Below are positions 45,215 to 53,270 of a DNA stretch of 64,000 nucleotides, one piece after another. This stretch comes from a virus. Location of the stretch: IMG/VR virus record IMGVR_UViG_3300048910_000141; one strand, given 5' to 3'. A model generated the notes under the pieces. The model searched no databases and was not told where the DNA came from. It worked only from the letters and a program-made list of their open reading frames with translations. Each line of letters opens with the position of its first letter. Within the stretch, counting starts at the first letter, position 1. The translations under genes and the position numbers were made by a program.

Positions 45215-45563
45215 GATAGAGGCTGAAATGCCGAAACATCGGAATTAACCAGTCCGAGAAGGTTGCAGTTACGAAGAACATGCACCGGCAGGCAGGGTGG
45301 TCCCCTGACGATACCGGACTTGGTATGTAGGCTTCGTCAGCGAGCAGCGTCCGGTGCGAGAGCATCAGACCAGTGATGGTCAGGCGGCCGTGGGTCCGAG
45401 GCAGATACCCACCGAAATTTCCCGGTCCCAGCCGGCCGTCAGTCCCATGGGACGATCGCCACACAAAGGGAGGGTAAACGGTGTGACAGTACCGGCGGCG
45501 CGCAATCCCGCGATCAGCCGCTGCGGAAAGCACACGGGCCGGAGACAAGACATACCGGGCTAC
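45215..45563 (+). ncRNA. RNase P RNA specificity-domain-like RNA embedded between tRNA-Val and tRNA-Ala
   Basis: Four collinear blocks resemble remembered type-A RNase P RNA: GGCAGGGTG; GGTGCGAGAGCATCAGACCAGTGATGG; AAGGGAGGGTAAACGGTG; GCGGAAAGCACACGGGCCGGAGACAAGAC. No clear P4/P15-P18. Confidence 0.4.
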
Positions 45564-45640
45564 GGGGATGTAGCTCAGTTGGGTAGAGCGCCTGCCTTGC
45601 AAGCAGGATGTCGCGAGTTCGAACCTCGCCTTCTCCACCA
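45564..45640 (+). tRNA. tRNA-Ala (TGC)
   Basis: G3:U70 present, loop CTTGCAA, CCA. Confidence 0.8.
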
Positions 45641-45650
45641 GCCCGGTTGT

Positions 45651-45727
45651 TTGCCGTAGCCGAACAAGGTGGACGGGGCTGACTGTTAATCAGCTTATGG
45701 TAGGTTCGATGCCTACACGGCAAGCCA
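45651..45727 (+). tRNA. tRNA-Asn (GTT), atypical D arm
   Basis: Acceptor TTGCCGT/ACGGCAA, loop CTGTTAA, G73, 3-bp D stem with 11-nt loop. Confidence 0.65.
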
Positions 45728-45742
45728 GTTTCAAAGACCCGT

Positions 45743-45820
45743 CCTCGGGTAGCTCAGTTGGTAGAGCGGTGGACCGATAATCCATGTCTTGCGGTGGTTC
45801 AAACCCACCCCTGAGGACCA
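45743..45820 (+). tRNA. tRNA-Ile (GAT) with C33
   Basis: Acceptor CCTCGGG/CCTGAGG, loop CCGATAA, CCA. Confidence 0.65.
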
Positions 45821-45956
45821 TCTATTACCGTCCGTTTATCTGTCCCGGTAGGGCGCGGAGATACGGCTTGGTGAAGATGTACCGTCTATAGGCTGCGGCT
45901 GCTTCGGCCCCGTCAGCTTGGCCGGTGCACTCTAAGCGCGGTAATCACCAGCCCCG

Positions 45957-45991
45957 GAGCCCGTCACCCTAGTGGTGGCGGGCTTTGTGAT
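45957..45991 (+). terminator. terminator-like hairpin after tRNA cluster 1
   Basis: 11-bp stem AGCCCGTCACC/GGTGGCGGGCT then TTGTGATT. Confidence 0.5.
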
Positions 45992-46033
45992 TCATGCTCA
46001 GCAACATTCCGACACATTTAAGCAAAGAATGAC

Positions 46034-46062
46034 TTGACATATGCGAGTCTAGAGTTAGTGAT
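46034..46062 (+). promoter_or_regulatory. candidate promoter of the ygiB/ygiC-like module
   Basis: TTGACA then weak -10 (AGTGAT/TGATAC); GTTAGT in spacer. Confidence 0.35.
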
Positions 46063-46093
46063 ACTCATCACCCATCCAAGGGAGATTCGCAAA

Positions 46094-46621
46094 ATGGTCA
46101 AGAAGGTTATTCTCGCTGCCACCGTGGCCGGCCTCGCGCTGACTGCTTCGGCCTGTAACCGGGCTCCCGCCTATGGTTACTACAACGACGGCTACTATGC
46201 CGGCGCAAACACGCAGGTCTGCACCGATCGCGCCGGCCGCCGCGTCCCCGATATCAACTGCCAGCAGGCCTATTACGGCGGCGGCTACAATCCCTACCTC
46301 TGGTATTATGTCGGCGGCGGTTACCCCGTTCCCTATTACGGGACCGTGGTCCACGGCGGTACTTGGTCGCGTCCGTCGAACTTCCGCAGTTATGTCCGCG
46401 CACCGGCTCAAGCCAACGTGACCCGCTCGGTCGCCGTTTCGCGCGGCGGCCTCGGCTCGACCAGCCGCAGCTTCGCGCAGACCTATTCATCGCCGTCGCG
46501 CTCGTATTCGTCGAGCAGCTATTCGTCGCCGTCCCGATCCTACTCGTCGAGCAGCTATAGCTCGTCGCGTTCGTCGTTCAGCGGGGGCGGGCGCTCGTTC
46601 GGCGGGAGCGTCAGTTCGTGA
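46094..46621 (+). CDS. DUF1190 (YgiB/YjfM)-like lipoprotein with Ser/Tyr-rich repeats
   Basis: MVKKVILAATVAGLALTASAC; VSRGGLGSTSRSF resembles the YgiB C-terminal VTRGGFGES; SSPSRSYSSSSY x2. Confidence 0.55.
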   Translation: MVKKVILAATVAGLALTASACNRAPAYGYYNDGYYAGANTQVCTDRAGRRVPDINCQQAYYGGGYNPYLWYYVGGGYPVPYYGTVVHGGTWSRPSNFRSYVRAPAQANVTRSVAVSRGGLGSTSRSFAQTYSSPSRSYSSSSYSSPSRSYSSSSYSSSRSSFSGGGRSFGGSVSS

Positions 46622-47769
46622 AGCGCATCCAGACCACCCCGCGTACTGACTGGCAGGCCCGTATTCGTGATGCGGGGATGGTCTGGGCAGGCGCTGACAC
46701 CGGCGGCTGGAATGAGTCCGCCTATTACTCCTTCACCAATGAGGACATCGAGCGGATCGGCGAAGCCACCGCCGACCTCTATCGGCTGTTCATCCATTGC
46801 GGCGACGCAATGCTGGACTACCGCGACTTCTACTGGCTGCGTCAGATGGGGATGCCCGAGTGGCTGTTCCCCTATCTCAAGGCGGCGTGGGACGCGGAAC
46901 CACCGGCTCTCAATTTCGGTCGCTTCGATCTCGGGTTCGACGGTCGCAATGACCCGAAGCTGTTCGAGTTCAACTGCGACACGCCCGGCAGCCTGATCGA
47001 GGCATCGTTGGCGCAAGCGATCTGGCGCGAGGACCTGTTCCCGCGCGGTGACCAGTTCAACGGTATCAACCGGGCGCTCGTGTCGCGCTGGGCCGACCTT
47101 CGCACCTCGTTCTACGGTCGCACCTTCCACATGACGCACGTCTTCGACGAGGACGGCGAGGACACAGCCATCACCAACTATCTGGCCGAGACCGCTCGCA
47201 TGGCTGGTCTCGATCCCATGATGGTGGTGATCGACGACATCGGTCAGGACGAGGAAGGTCGCTTCGTTGACGCCGACGACATCCTCATGGACGTGGTGTA
47301 CAAGCACTACCCGTGGGAGTGGATCGTCCGTGAAGAATACGGCCGCGCCATCGTCGAGCAGTCCTCGGACCCGATGCTATGGATCGAGCCGATCTGGAAG
47401 ATGCTCTGGTCGAACAAGGGAATCCTCGTCGTCGCCAAGGCGCTGGAGCCCGAGAACCCTTACCTGCTTAACGCCAGCTTCGGGGATACCGGCGCGAAGG
47501 ACTTCGTGAAGAAGCCCATCTTCTCGCGACGTGGTGAGAACATCGAGATCGTAGATCAGCGCCAGACCAGCGCGCGGTCCACCGGCGGCTACGGTGCCGA
47601 GGGCTTCGTCTATCAGGAGAAGTTCGATCTCCCCGAGATGGCTCCCGGCATCTTCCCGGTGATCGACTCGTGGATCGTCGGCGGCGTCGCAGTCGGCATG
47701 GGTGTCCGCGAAGGCGGCCTCATCACAGACAGTTCGGCGGCTTTCGTCCCTCACATTATCGAGGGGTGA
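46618..47769 (+). CDS. glutathionylspermidine-synthase-family ATP-grasp amidoligase (YgiC/YjfC-like)
   Basis: Full-length collinear similarity to remembered E. coli YgiC (RTDW, DPKLFEFNCDTP, YPWEW, WIEPIWK..SNKGIL, KKPIFSRRGENI, FVPHIIEG). Confidence 0.8.
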   Translation: MKRIQTTPRTDWQARIRDAGMVWAGADTGGWNESAYYSFTNEDIERIGEATADLYRLFIHCGDAMLDYRDFYWLRQMGMPEWLFPYLKAAWDAEPPALNFGRFDLGFDGRNDPKLFEFNCDTPGSLIEASLAQAIWREDLFPRGDQFNGINRALVSRWADLRTSFYGRTFHMTHVFDEDGEDTAITNYLAETARMAGLDPMMVVIDDIGQDEEGRFVDADDILMDVVYKHYPWEWIVREEYGRAIVEQSSDPMLWIEPIWKMLWSNKGILVVAKALEPENPYLLNASFGDTGAKDFVKKPIFSRRGENIEIVDQRQTSARSTGGYGAEGFVYQEKFDLPEMAPGIFPVIDSWIVGGVAVGMGVREGGLITDSSAAFVPHIIEG

Positions 47770-47770
47770 G

Positions 47771-48052
47771 ATGAGCTACGACGGCAGTGTGAAGTGGCAG
47801 CATGTCGAGGCTGCTCTGGCCCGTGATGGCTTCGCGCTGACGTTCGCCTGCACCTACGGCGAGTCTCTCCCCGCCGACCTTGAGTACACCGGCCGGGAAA
47901 CCGGCTGGGAACTTCGCCGGAAGCTGAAATCCTACTGTGCCTCACATGGGATCACCAACTTCCAGATCATTCGCAACACGAGCTACCACCGCGATCTGCA
48001 CGGCAACGCCGTCTACGAGTTGTGGACTCGCCCTAACCAGATTGAGGGCTGA
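47771..48052 (+). CDS. hypothetical protein
   Basis: MSYDGSVKWQHVEAAL... Confidence 0.55.
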   Translation: MSYDGSVKWQHVEAALARDGFALTFACTYGESLPADLEYTGRETGWELRRKLKSYCASHGITNFQIIRNTSYHRDLHGNAVYELWTRPNQIEG

Positions 48053-48053
48053 C

Positions 48054-48275
48054 ATGGACGCGACACAATTCTGCTACTGGCTACAGGGCCTTTTCGAACT
48101 CGGCGAGCCGACGACGCTCGACGAAGTTCAGGTCGATCTCATCAAGCGACATCTCGCGATGGCTTTCGAGCATGACATCGACCGTCGCCCGCCAGTCGAA
48201 GAGCAGAAGGTCCTCAACAACATCCATGCTGGAACAACGCCCGCGTTTCAGCGGCCAAAAGGGATGAGGTGCTGA
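48054..48275 (+). CDS. hypothetical protein
   Basis: MDATQFCYWLQGLFELGEP... Confidence 0.55.
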   Translation: MDATQFCYWLQGLFELGEPTTLDEVQVDLIKRHLAMAFEHDIDRRPPVEEQKVLNNIHAGTTPAFQRPKGMRC

Positions 48276-48276
48276 C

Positions 48277-48507
48277 ATGGATACCGATCCCGCCACAATC
48301 GCGTCGAAGCTCAACCGTGGACAGAAGTCCACCATCCGCTGCCTCGACGATACCCCGTCCGTTCTCGGCTGCGCCGAACCAACGGCTTTACGGCTTTCGC
48401 GCGCCACAACTCGCCGGCCGGCGCTGACCTATTACACGCAAGGCGCTTCGTGGAAGATGTTCGCCCTCACGCCGATCGGACTCGAAGTTCAGGAGCATTG
48501 TTCGTGA
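48277..48507 (+). CDS. hypothetical protein
   Basis: 76-aa ORF. Confidence 0.5.
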   Translation: MDTDPATIASKLNRGQKSTIRCLDDTPSVLGCAEPTALRLSRATTRRPALTYYTQGASWKMFALTPIGLEVQEHCS

Positions 48508-48518
48508 CCAGTCCCGCC

Positions 48519-49028
48519 ATGCACTACGCCATCACGGCCCACGCCATCACGGCCCACGCCATCACGGCCCACGCCGGCCAAACCTATGGCGACAATGCGG
48601 TTCCCTACACGGAACATCTCTTCGCGGTCCGACAGGTGCTGCGGGACTTCGGGTATTTCGGCGACTATGAAGATGCCGGCGTCCTCCATGACGTGATCGA
48701 GGACACCGCCGAGAGCCGCCGCACCGTGGCCGTCAAGTTCGGAGATCGGGTCGCCACCATGGCGTGGGTCTGCACCGGCGTTGGCCCGAACCGCGTCGTT
48801 CGCAACTGGTCCATCTACGCCAAGATGAGCATGTTTCCCGAGGCCGCGCCGGTGAAGGTCGCCGATCGGATCGCGAATGTCGAGCAGGCCACACCCGGAT
48901 CGAAACACGCCAAGATGTATCTCGCCGAAGCGGGTGAGTTCCACGAACACGTCGCGCGGCTCGTGCCTCCACTGATGCAGGCCCGTCTCCTGCGGGCCTA
49001 CGACGCCGCAGCACAGGTGCCGGCATGA
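48519..49028 (+). CDS. RelA/SpoT-type HD hydrolase domain (small alarmone hydrolase-like)
   Basis: HAGQTYG..VPYTEHLFAV...LHDVIEDT...FGDRVA; alternative GTG start 48504. Confidence 0.65.
   Translation: MHYAITAHAITAHAITAHAGQTYGDNAVPYTEHLFAVRQVLRDFGYFGDYEDAGVLHDVIEDTAESRRTVAVKFGDRVATMAWVCTGVGPNRVVRNWSIYAKMSMFPEAAPVKVADRIANVEQATPGSKHAKMYLAEAGEFHEHVARLVPPLMQARLLRAYDAAAQVPA
48525..48579. repeat. 15-bp tandem repeat (3.6 copies) encoding HAITA repeats
   Basis: (T/C)ACGCCATCACGGCC x3 at the 5' end of the HD hydrolase gene. Confidence 0.85.
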
Positions 49029-49144
49029 CCCTCGGTGGCTTCCTCCTCATGCTGGTGATCGTGTTCGTCATCGTCCTGTTCGTCGCGATCGTATGCGGCG
49101 TGGACCTGTCGGACATCTTCTTCTTCCTGCCGGACGGTAACTGA
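49025..49144 (+). CDS. small membrane peptide (39 aa)
   Basis: MTLGGFLLMLVIVFVIVLFVAIVCG...; ATGA overlaps at both ends. Confidence 0.4.
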   Translation: MTLGGFLLMLVIVFVIVLFVAIVCGVDLSDIFFFLPDGN

Positions 49145-49344
49145 TGACCGCGCGCCAGTTCGTCTTCCTACTCCAGTGGGGTTGGTTGATGTTGCTCGCT
49201 GGTCTCTTCTCGCTTCTCTGCATGCCGATGTTCGCCATGCACGCGTGGATGGAGCGCAAGCCTCATCCGTGGCGCTGGGCGTGGGGTGTGGTGTCGAGCG
49301 GCGGCTTTCGGGATTTCGCGAAGGATTGGAGAAAGTACGGATGA
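49144..49344 (+). CDS. small membrane protein
   Basis: FVFLLQWGWLMLLAGLFSLLCMPMFAM. Confidence 0.5.
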   Translation: MTARQFVFLLQWGWLMLLAGLFSLLCMPMFAMHAWMERKPHPWRWAWGVVSSGGFRDFAKDWRKYG

Positions 49345-49853
49345 ACAAGCTCCAAGCCGCGACCGACACCGTCAAGGAACTGCTCTGCTGGTACGTCATC
49401 CTGCTGTTCGCAGCAGCCGGCGTCTACATGTTCGCGGAACACACATCACTCGACGACGCGCTCTATTGGGCAGCGACCACCGCGACCTCGACCGGGTATG
49501 GTGACCTGTCGCCGAAGACGATCGCCGGCCGGATTGATGCCGTGCTGCTCATGCACATCTCGATCTTCGTCATCGCGCCCATGATGATCGTCCGCCTCAT
49601 CGACAGGATGCGCGTCGATCCGAACGTCTTCACGGACGAGGAGCAGAAGGAGGTGCTGGAACACCTGCGAGCGATCCGGGACAAGGTCGGTGAGCCGGAT
49701 TACGGCAAGTCGCCCCGTCTAGCTCAGACGCTCAGGCAGCTTCGCAACACCTATTACCACATGCTGCGAGCGCCTGATTTCTGCACGAAGGCTGCTGCGG
49801 CCTCCATCAAGATGGCGATCGACCAGCTTGAGAAAGTGGCGAAGGAACAGTGA
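49341..49853 (+). CDS. two-TM potassium channel (viral Kcv/KcsA-like pore) with soluble C-terminal tail
   Basis: Selectivity filter TATSTGYGDLSP flanked by TM1 CWYVILLFAAAGVYMF and TM2 AVLLMHISIFVIAPMMIV. Confidence 0.75.
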   Translation: MNKLQAATDTVKELLCWYVILLFAAAGVYMFAEHTSLDDALYWAATTATSTGYGDLSPKTIAGRIDAVLLMHISIFVIAPMMIVRLIDRMRVDPNVFTDEEQKEVLEHLRAIRDKVGEPDYGKSPRLAQTLRQLRNTYYHMLRAPDFCTKAAAASIKMAIDQLEKVAKEQ

Positions 49854-50017
49854 TGGACGACATCGACGTGGATCAGTTCGTGGCCGAAGAGATCGAGAGC
49901 CTCCGCCGCTTCGCTGCGATGTGGAAATCCGAATCGGCGAACGACCCGGAAATCTGGCCGGCGAACATGCGGCGCGGCGAATGGGATGAGCAGTTCCGCT
50001 CGTACGAGGGCGCGTGA
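49853..50017 (+). CDS. hypothetical protein (54 aa)
   Basis: MDDIDVDQFVAEEIESLRRF...; ATGA overlaps. Confidence 0.45.
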   Translation: MDDIDVDQFVAEEIESLRRFAAMWKSESANDPEIWPANMRRGEWDEQFRSYEGA

Positions 50018-50325
50018 TGACGGACCCTATCGGCAACTGCGAATGCGGCGCACCGCTGGCTGAGACCGGTCCGCCGATCTGGGAAACCTACTGCACGGAC
50101 GAGAAGTGCAAGGTCGCTTGGAACAAACTGGTCAAGGCTATCCGCGAGGCGCCGTTGCCGCCGCTTACCGGACGATATGCCGCCGAGATCAAGCAGATCG
50201 CTGCCGAGCTTCGCCATACCTACGACCATCTGGTGAATGGCACCACCAGTGATCCCGCCGAATTGGCGAGAGGCCTGCTCGGCCCACAGATCGTGCGGCT
50301 TGAGAAGCTGACAGGAGGGAAGTGA
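50017..50325 (+). CDS. hypothetical protein
   Basis: MTDPIGNCECGAPL... Confidence 0.55.
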   Translation: MTDPIGNCECGAPLAETGPPIWETYCTDEKCKVAWNKLVKAIREAPLPPLTGRYAAEIKQIAAELRHTYDHLVNGTTSDPAELARGLLGPQIVRLEKLTGGK

Positions 50326-50957
50326 TGAAGAACAACGTCTATTACGAAGCCGTCGCAGGTGAGGTTCTCGCCTTCTGCTTCGACTACCGCGAGCGCCTGA
50401 TCGCAAAGCGCGACGTGTTTCAGGAGTACGCCAAGTCCAAGGGCGCGAAGGGCTGGGTTGGTTCATGGGGTGATTTCTTCGGCCTGCTCTATGAGCGCGA
50501 TGCCGATCGCCCTAAAGGCCTTGTTGCCGCCAAGCGCAAGACCAACGACGGCTACACTGTCTGGCGTCCCCATGGGAAGTCGCCCGAGGGTAAGGAACTT
50601 CGCCGCGAGTTCGACGACCTTGGTCGAGAGCCACGTGGTCACGAGTTCTGCAAGCGGTTCAACATCCCGGAGTCCTTGAGCTACCGGAAGTCCGAGGAGT
50701 GCTACGGCACCATGGCGCTCAACGCCATCTTCCCCGACTCGGCCTTCATCGGCTGGACCGGAGAAGGTGACGATCTTCGCTTCTGGGTCGTGCTACCGGA
50801 CGTGGATGGTGCCATCGCCGACAAGACTGCCGAGGGTTACACCTGCGATCCTGCTTCGTGGACTCTGCCGGCCGGGCTAATTCTCTCCAGCCGAGCCCGC
50901 TACGATCTCGCCGTGGCGCAGGCCAAGGTGCGGGAAGAGGAGCTTGAGGCGGCGTGA
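50325..50957 (+). CDS. hypothetical protein
   Basis: ATG after AGGAGGGA. Confidence 0.6.
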   Translation: MKNNVYYEAVAGEVLAFCFDYRERLIAKRDVFQEYAKSKGAKGWVGSWGDFFGLLYERDADRPKGLVAAKRKTNDGYTVWRPHGKSPEGKELRREFDDLGREPRGHEFCKRFNIPESLSYRKSEECYGTMALNAIFPDSAFIGWTGEGDDLRFWVVLPDVDGAIADKTAEGYTCDPASWTLPAGLILSSRARYDLAVAQAKVREEELEAA

Positions 50958-51172
50958 TCACCGACGATCAACTGGTGGCGCTGCTCATCGACGCCCACAC
51001 CACCCGGCACGATCCCGAGTTCGGATCGAGCTATCACCAGACCGACCGCTTCGATGTCGAGATCGAGAACGGGATCATCAAGGTCGGCACCGGCGGAGGT
51101 GACTTCTACGCGGTGACGCTCGATCTCGAACAGTTCCGTGCCGGCGTCGAAGCCCTGATCCGGAGCGATTGA
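50954..51172 (+). CDS. hypothetical protein
   Basis: GTGA overlap start. Confidence 0.5.
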   Translation: MITDDQLVALLIDAHTTRHDPEFGSSYHQTDRFDVEIENGIIKVGTGGGDFYAVTLDLEQFRAGVEALIRSD

Positions 51173-51366
51173 TGCTCACCTACCTAGACCGGGCTTTCTG
51201 CACCGCCAAGTGTCTCACCCTCGATTGTCCACGCAACGTGACGCCAGAGGTCGAAGCGGCTGCGGAGAAATGGTGGGGAGGCCCGGATTTCCCGATGAGG
51301 CTCATGCCGCTCAATGAGCAGTGTGATGGCTACCAGCCAGCGCCGGAGGGCATCTGCAATGCCTAA
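51172..51366 (+). CDS. hypothetical protein
   Basis: ATGA overlap start. Confidence 0.5.
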   Translation: MLTYLDRAFCTAKCLTLDCPRNVTPEVEAAAEKWWGGPDFPMRLMPLNEQCDGYQPAPEGICNA

Positions 51367-51730
51367 GGCCGGACGATTGCAGTGCAAGGACATCCCGGAT
51401 CAGCCGATCCTCCAGTTCCTACACGACCAGCCGGTAGTTGGCACCAGCGTCAGCAAGGACGGGTTACCGTTCAGGCGTTGGACCAACTGGTTCTGGGACC
51501 CGAAAGGATCATATGAGCCAAATCCTGAATACGAATACTTGCCTGACAACTCCGTTGCTCGTGCAATGCCGGAAGGCGTCTGTGACAAGCTGCGGATCGC
51601 CAAGATGGCGATGATGATCCGGCGCGGCATTGTGGATGGATGTCCGTGCGGGTGCCGAGGCGACTTTGTGATCACCAAGAAGGGCGAGGACCTGCTTGCC
51701 AAAATGAAAGAGGCCGAATGCCAGACGTAA
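51359..51730 (+). CDS. hypothetical protein
   Basis: MPKAGRLQCKDIPDQPILQF... Confidence 0.55.
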   Translation: MPKAGRLQCKDIPDQPILQFLHDQPVVGTSVSKDGLPFRRWTNWFWDPKGSYEPNPEYEYLPDNSVARAMPEGVCDKLRIAKMAMMIRRGIVDGCPCGCRGDFVITKKGEDLLAKMKEAECQT

Positions 51731-52254
51731 CGTTCACAGATGACGTGCAGGTGGTGGGCCTCCCGTTCAAACCCGGTGATTGGGCCGTCGATCCGTGCGG
51801 CGAACGTGTAGCGAAGGTCGTTCGCGTCTACCGGTGCGGCGAAGATGTGCTGCTCGATCTCTCGATCTACAGCCATAAGGGCGAACGCCTCGGCCGGACC
51901 TCTCCGGCGATGGGTGGTCCAACGAAGACCGAGCCCGCGTGTGATGCAAAGAATTGGGAGAGGATCGCCGAGCCTGACTTTCCGATCACCATAAAGTGGG
52001 TGCCCAGCAGCGACGGTAAGGTGTCGGCGCGATATTGGGCAGGGGATCGTCTGCCGCCAGCCAACTACGTCCCTCGGCCGAAGAAACCGAAGGCGAAGCC
52101 GGCGACGCGTCGCTCCGATTTCCCAGCGACGCTGGACAAGGAAGAGTACCAGCATCTGGTGGAGCTTTTCGCCGGTGCCAACGATCCGATCGCCATCTCG
52201 ATCGTGACCAAGGCGCAGGGGATGCTCGACTGGTACACGAAGATCGGACTCTAG
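51718..52254 (+). CDS. hypothetical protein
   Basis: MPDVTFTDDVQVVGLPF... Confidence 0.55.
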   Translation: MPDVTFTDDVQVVGLPFKPGDWAVDPCGERVAKVVRVYRCGEDVLLDLSIYSHKGERLGRTSPAMGGPTKTEPACDAKNWERIAEPDFPITIKWVPSSDGKVSARYWAGDRLPPANYVPRPKKPKAKPATRRSDFPATLDKEEYQHLVELFAGANDPIAISIVTKAQGMLDWYTKIGL

Positions 52255-52291
52255 CCAGACAAACTTTTTTCGTCCTTATGTCGATTTTGGG

Positions 52292-52320
52292 TTGACCTAG
52301 ACCATCCGCCTGTGTATAAG
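52292..52320 (+). promoter_or_regulatory. promoter of tRNA cluster 2
   Basis: TTGACC-N17-TATAAG, spacer ends CCTGTG. Confidence 0.6.
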
Positions 52321-52460
52321 CCCACCTCTCGACGCACTTCCGCGTCAACAGGATTATTGAGACCACCATGTTCTTCGGGACCAAACGAGATCGCCGAGAA
52401 GGCGAACGAGGTTTTAGCCTCTAACCCGGTGGTGTGTCCTGCTGCCGGTGTCGTTTTGAC

Positions 52461-52537
52461 GGATCGGTAGCTCAATAGCGTAGAGCGGTGGGTTCTTACC
52501 CCGCAGGTTGTGGGTTCGACCCCCACCCGATCCTCCA
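52461..52537 (+). tRNA. tRNA-Lys (CTT)
   Basis: Acceptor GGATCGG/CCGATCC, loop TTCTTAC, CCA. Confidence 0.8.
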
Positions 52538-52560
52538 AAACGACATCGGTAAAATTGACA

Positions 52561-52588
52561 CCCCATCGGCGACCCCGGTGGGGTTTTT
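52561..52588 (+). terminator. hairpin + T5 after tRNA-Lys(CTT)
   Basis: CCCCATCGG-CGACC-CCGGTGGGG-TTTTT. Confidence 0.5.
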
Positions 52589-52610
52589 CGCGTCCGCATT
52601 CTCGGCTCAT

Positions 52611-52685
52611 GGATCGGTAACTCAATGGGCAGAGTGGCGGACTTTTAATCCGAGGGTGTGGGTTCGAGGCCCACCCGATCTACCA
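52611..52685 (+). tRNA. tRNA-Lys (TTT)
   Basis: Acceptor GGATCGG/CCGATCT, loop CTTTTAA, CCA. Confidence 0.75.
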
Positions 52686-52701
52686 AATTTCACGGGCCTG
52701 A

Positions 52702-52774
52702 GCGGTTGTAGTCTCAGCGGTAGAGCGTCGGCTTGCCAAGTCGAAGGTCGCGGGTTCGATCCCCGCCTGCCGCT
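52702..52774 (+). tRNA. tRNA-Gly (GCC), no encoded CCA
   Basis: Loop TTGCCAA, T73, one acceptor mismatch. Confidence 0.7.
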
Positions 52775-52890
52775 CAAGCCCGTGATCACAAGTTTCCAGC
52801 GGGGTCCGCGCCAGTCCAAGACCTTCATGGGAAAGCCGATCGACCATAGGACCAGCGCAGTTGGTCGATCGTGAAATGAGATGTGTTGAT

Positions 52891-52965
52891 GCGGCCGTAG
52901 CCAAGCGGTCAAGGCAGGAGGCTTCCACCCTCCCAGCGCGGGTTCGATCCCCGCCGGCCGCTCCA
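52891..52965 (+). tRNA. tRNA-Gly (TCC)
   Basis: Acceptor GCGGCCG/CGGCCGC, loop CTTCCAC, CCA. Confidence 0.8.
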
Positions 52966-52976
52966 TCACCTCTCAC

Positions 52977-53051
52977 GGACACGTAGCTCAGTGGTAGAGT
53001 CTCGCACTGTCGATGCGAGTGTCGCGGGTTCGATCCCCGTCGTGTCCGCCA
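52977..53051 (+). tRNA. tRNA-Asp (GTC)
   Basis: Acceptor GGACACG/CGTGTCC, loop CTGTCGA, G73, CCA. Confidence 0.8.
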
Positions 53052-53057
53052 CTTCAC

Positions 53058-53133
53058 GGCCCGTTCGTCTAGCTGGACAGGACGACCGCCTCTCACGCGG
53101 TAAGCAGGGGTTCGATCCCCCTACGGGCTACCA
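53058..53133 (+). tRNA. tRNA-Glu (CTC)
   Basis: Glu-type D arm GTCTAGCTGGACAGGAC, loop CTCTCAC, CCA. Confidence 0.8.
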
Positions 53134-53154
53134 GTACCCACATGCTTTCAGCAT

Positions 53155-53228
53155 GGCCCCATAGACTAAGGGTAGGTCGCCAGTTTTTCACGCTGGAAGT
53201 CGGAGTTCAATTCTCCGTGGGGCTACCA
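53155..53228 (+). tRNA. tRNA-Glu (TTC)
   Basis: Acceptor GGCCCCA/TGGGGCT, loop TTTTCAC, CCA. Confidence 0.75.
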
Positions 53229-53270
53229 ATTTGACGGACACCGCGCTGGTCGCGATCCGTCCACGAGTAC

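Noticed and set aside
44478-45723. ORFs overlapping the tRNA clusters (44478-44804, 44731-45003, 45150-45638, 45354-45659 and similar ones at 52251-55277).
   Set aside because: They are read through tRNA genes on either strand, and no start context or motifs support them.
48525-48579. Short regularly spaced repeats that might suggest a CRISPR array.
   Set aside because: The 15-bp units are directly abutting with no spacers, in frame inside a coding region.
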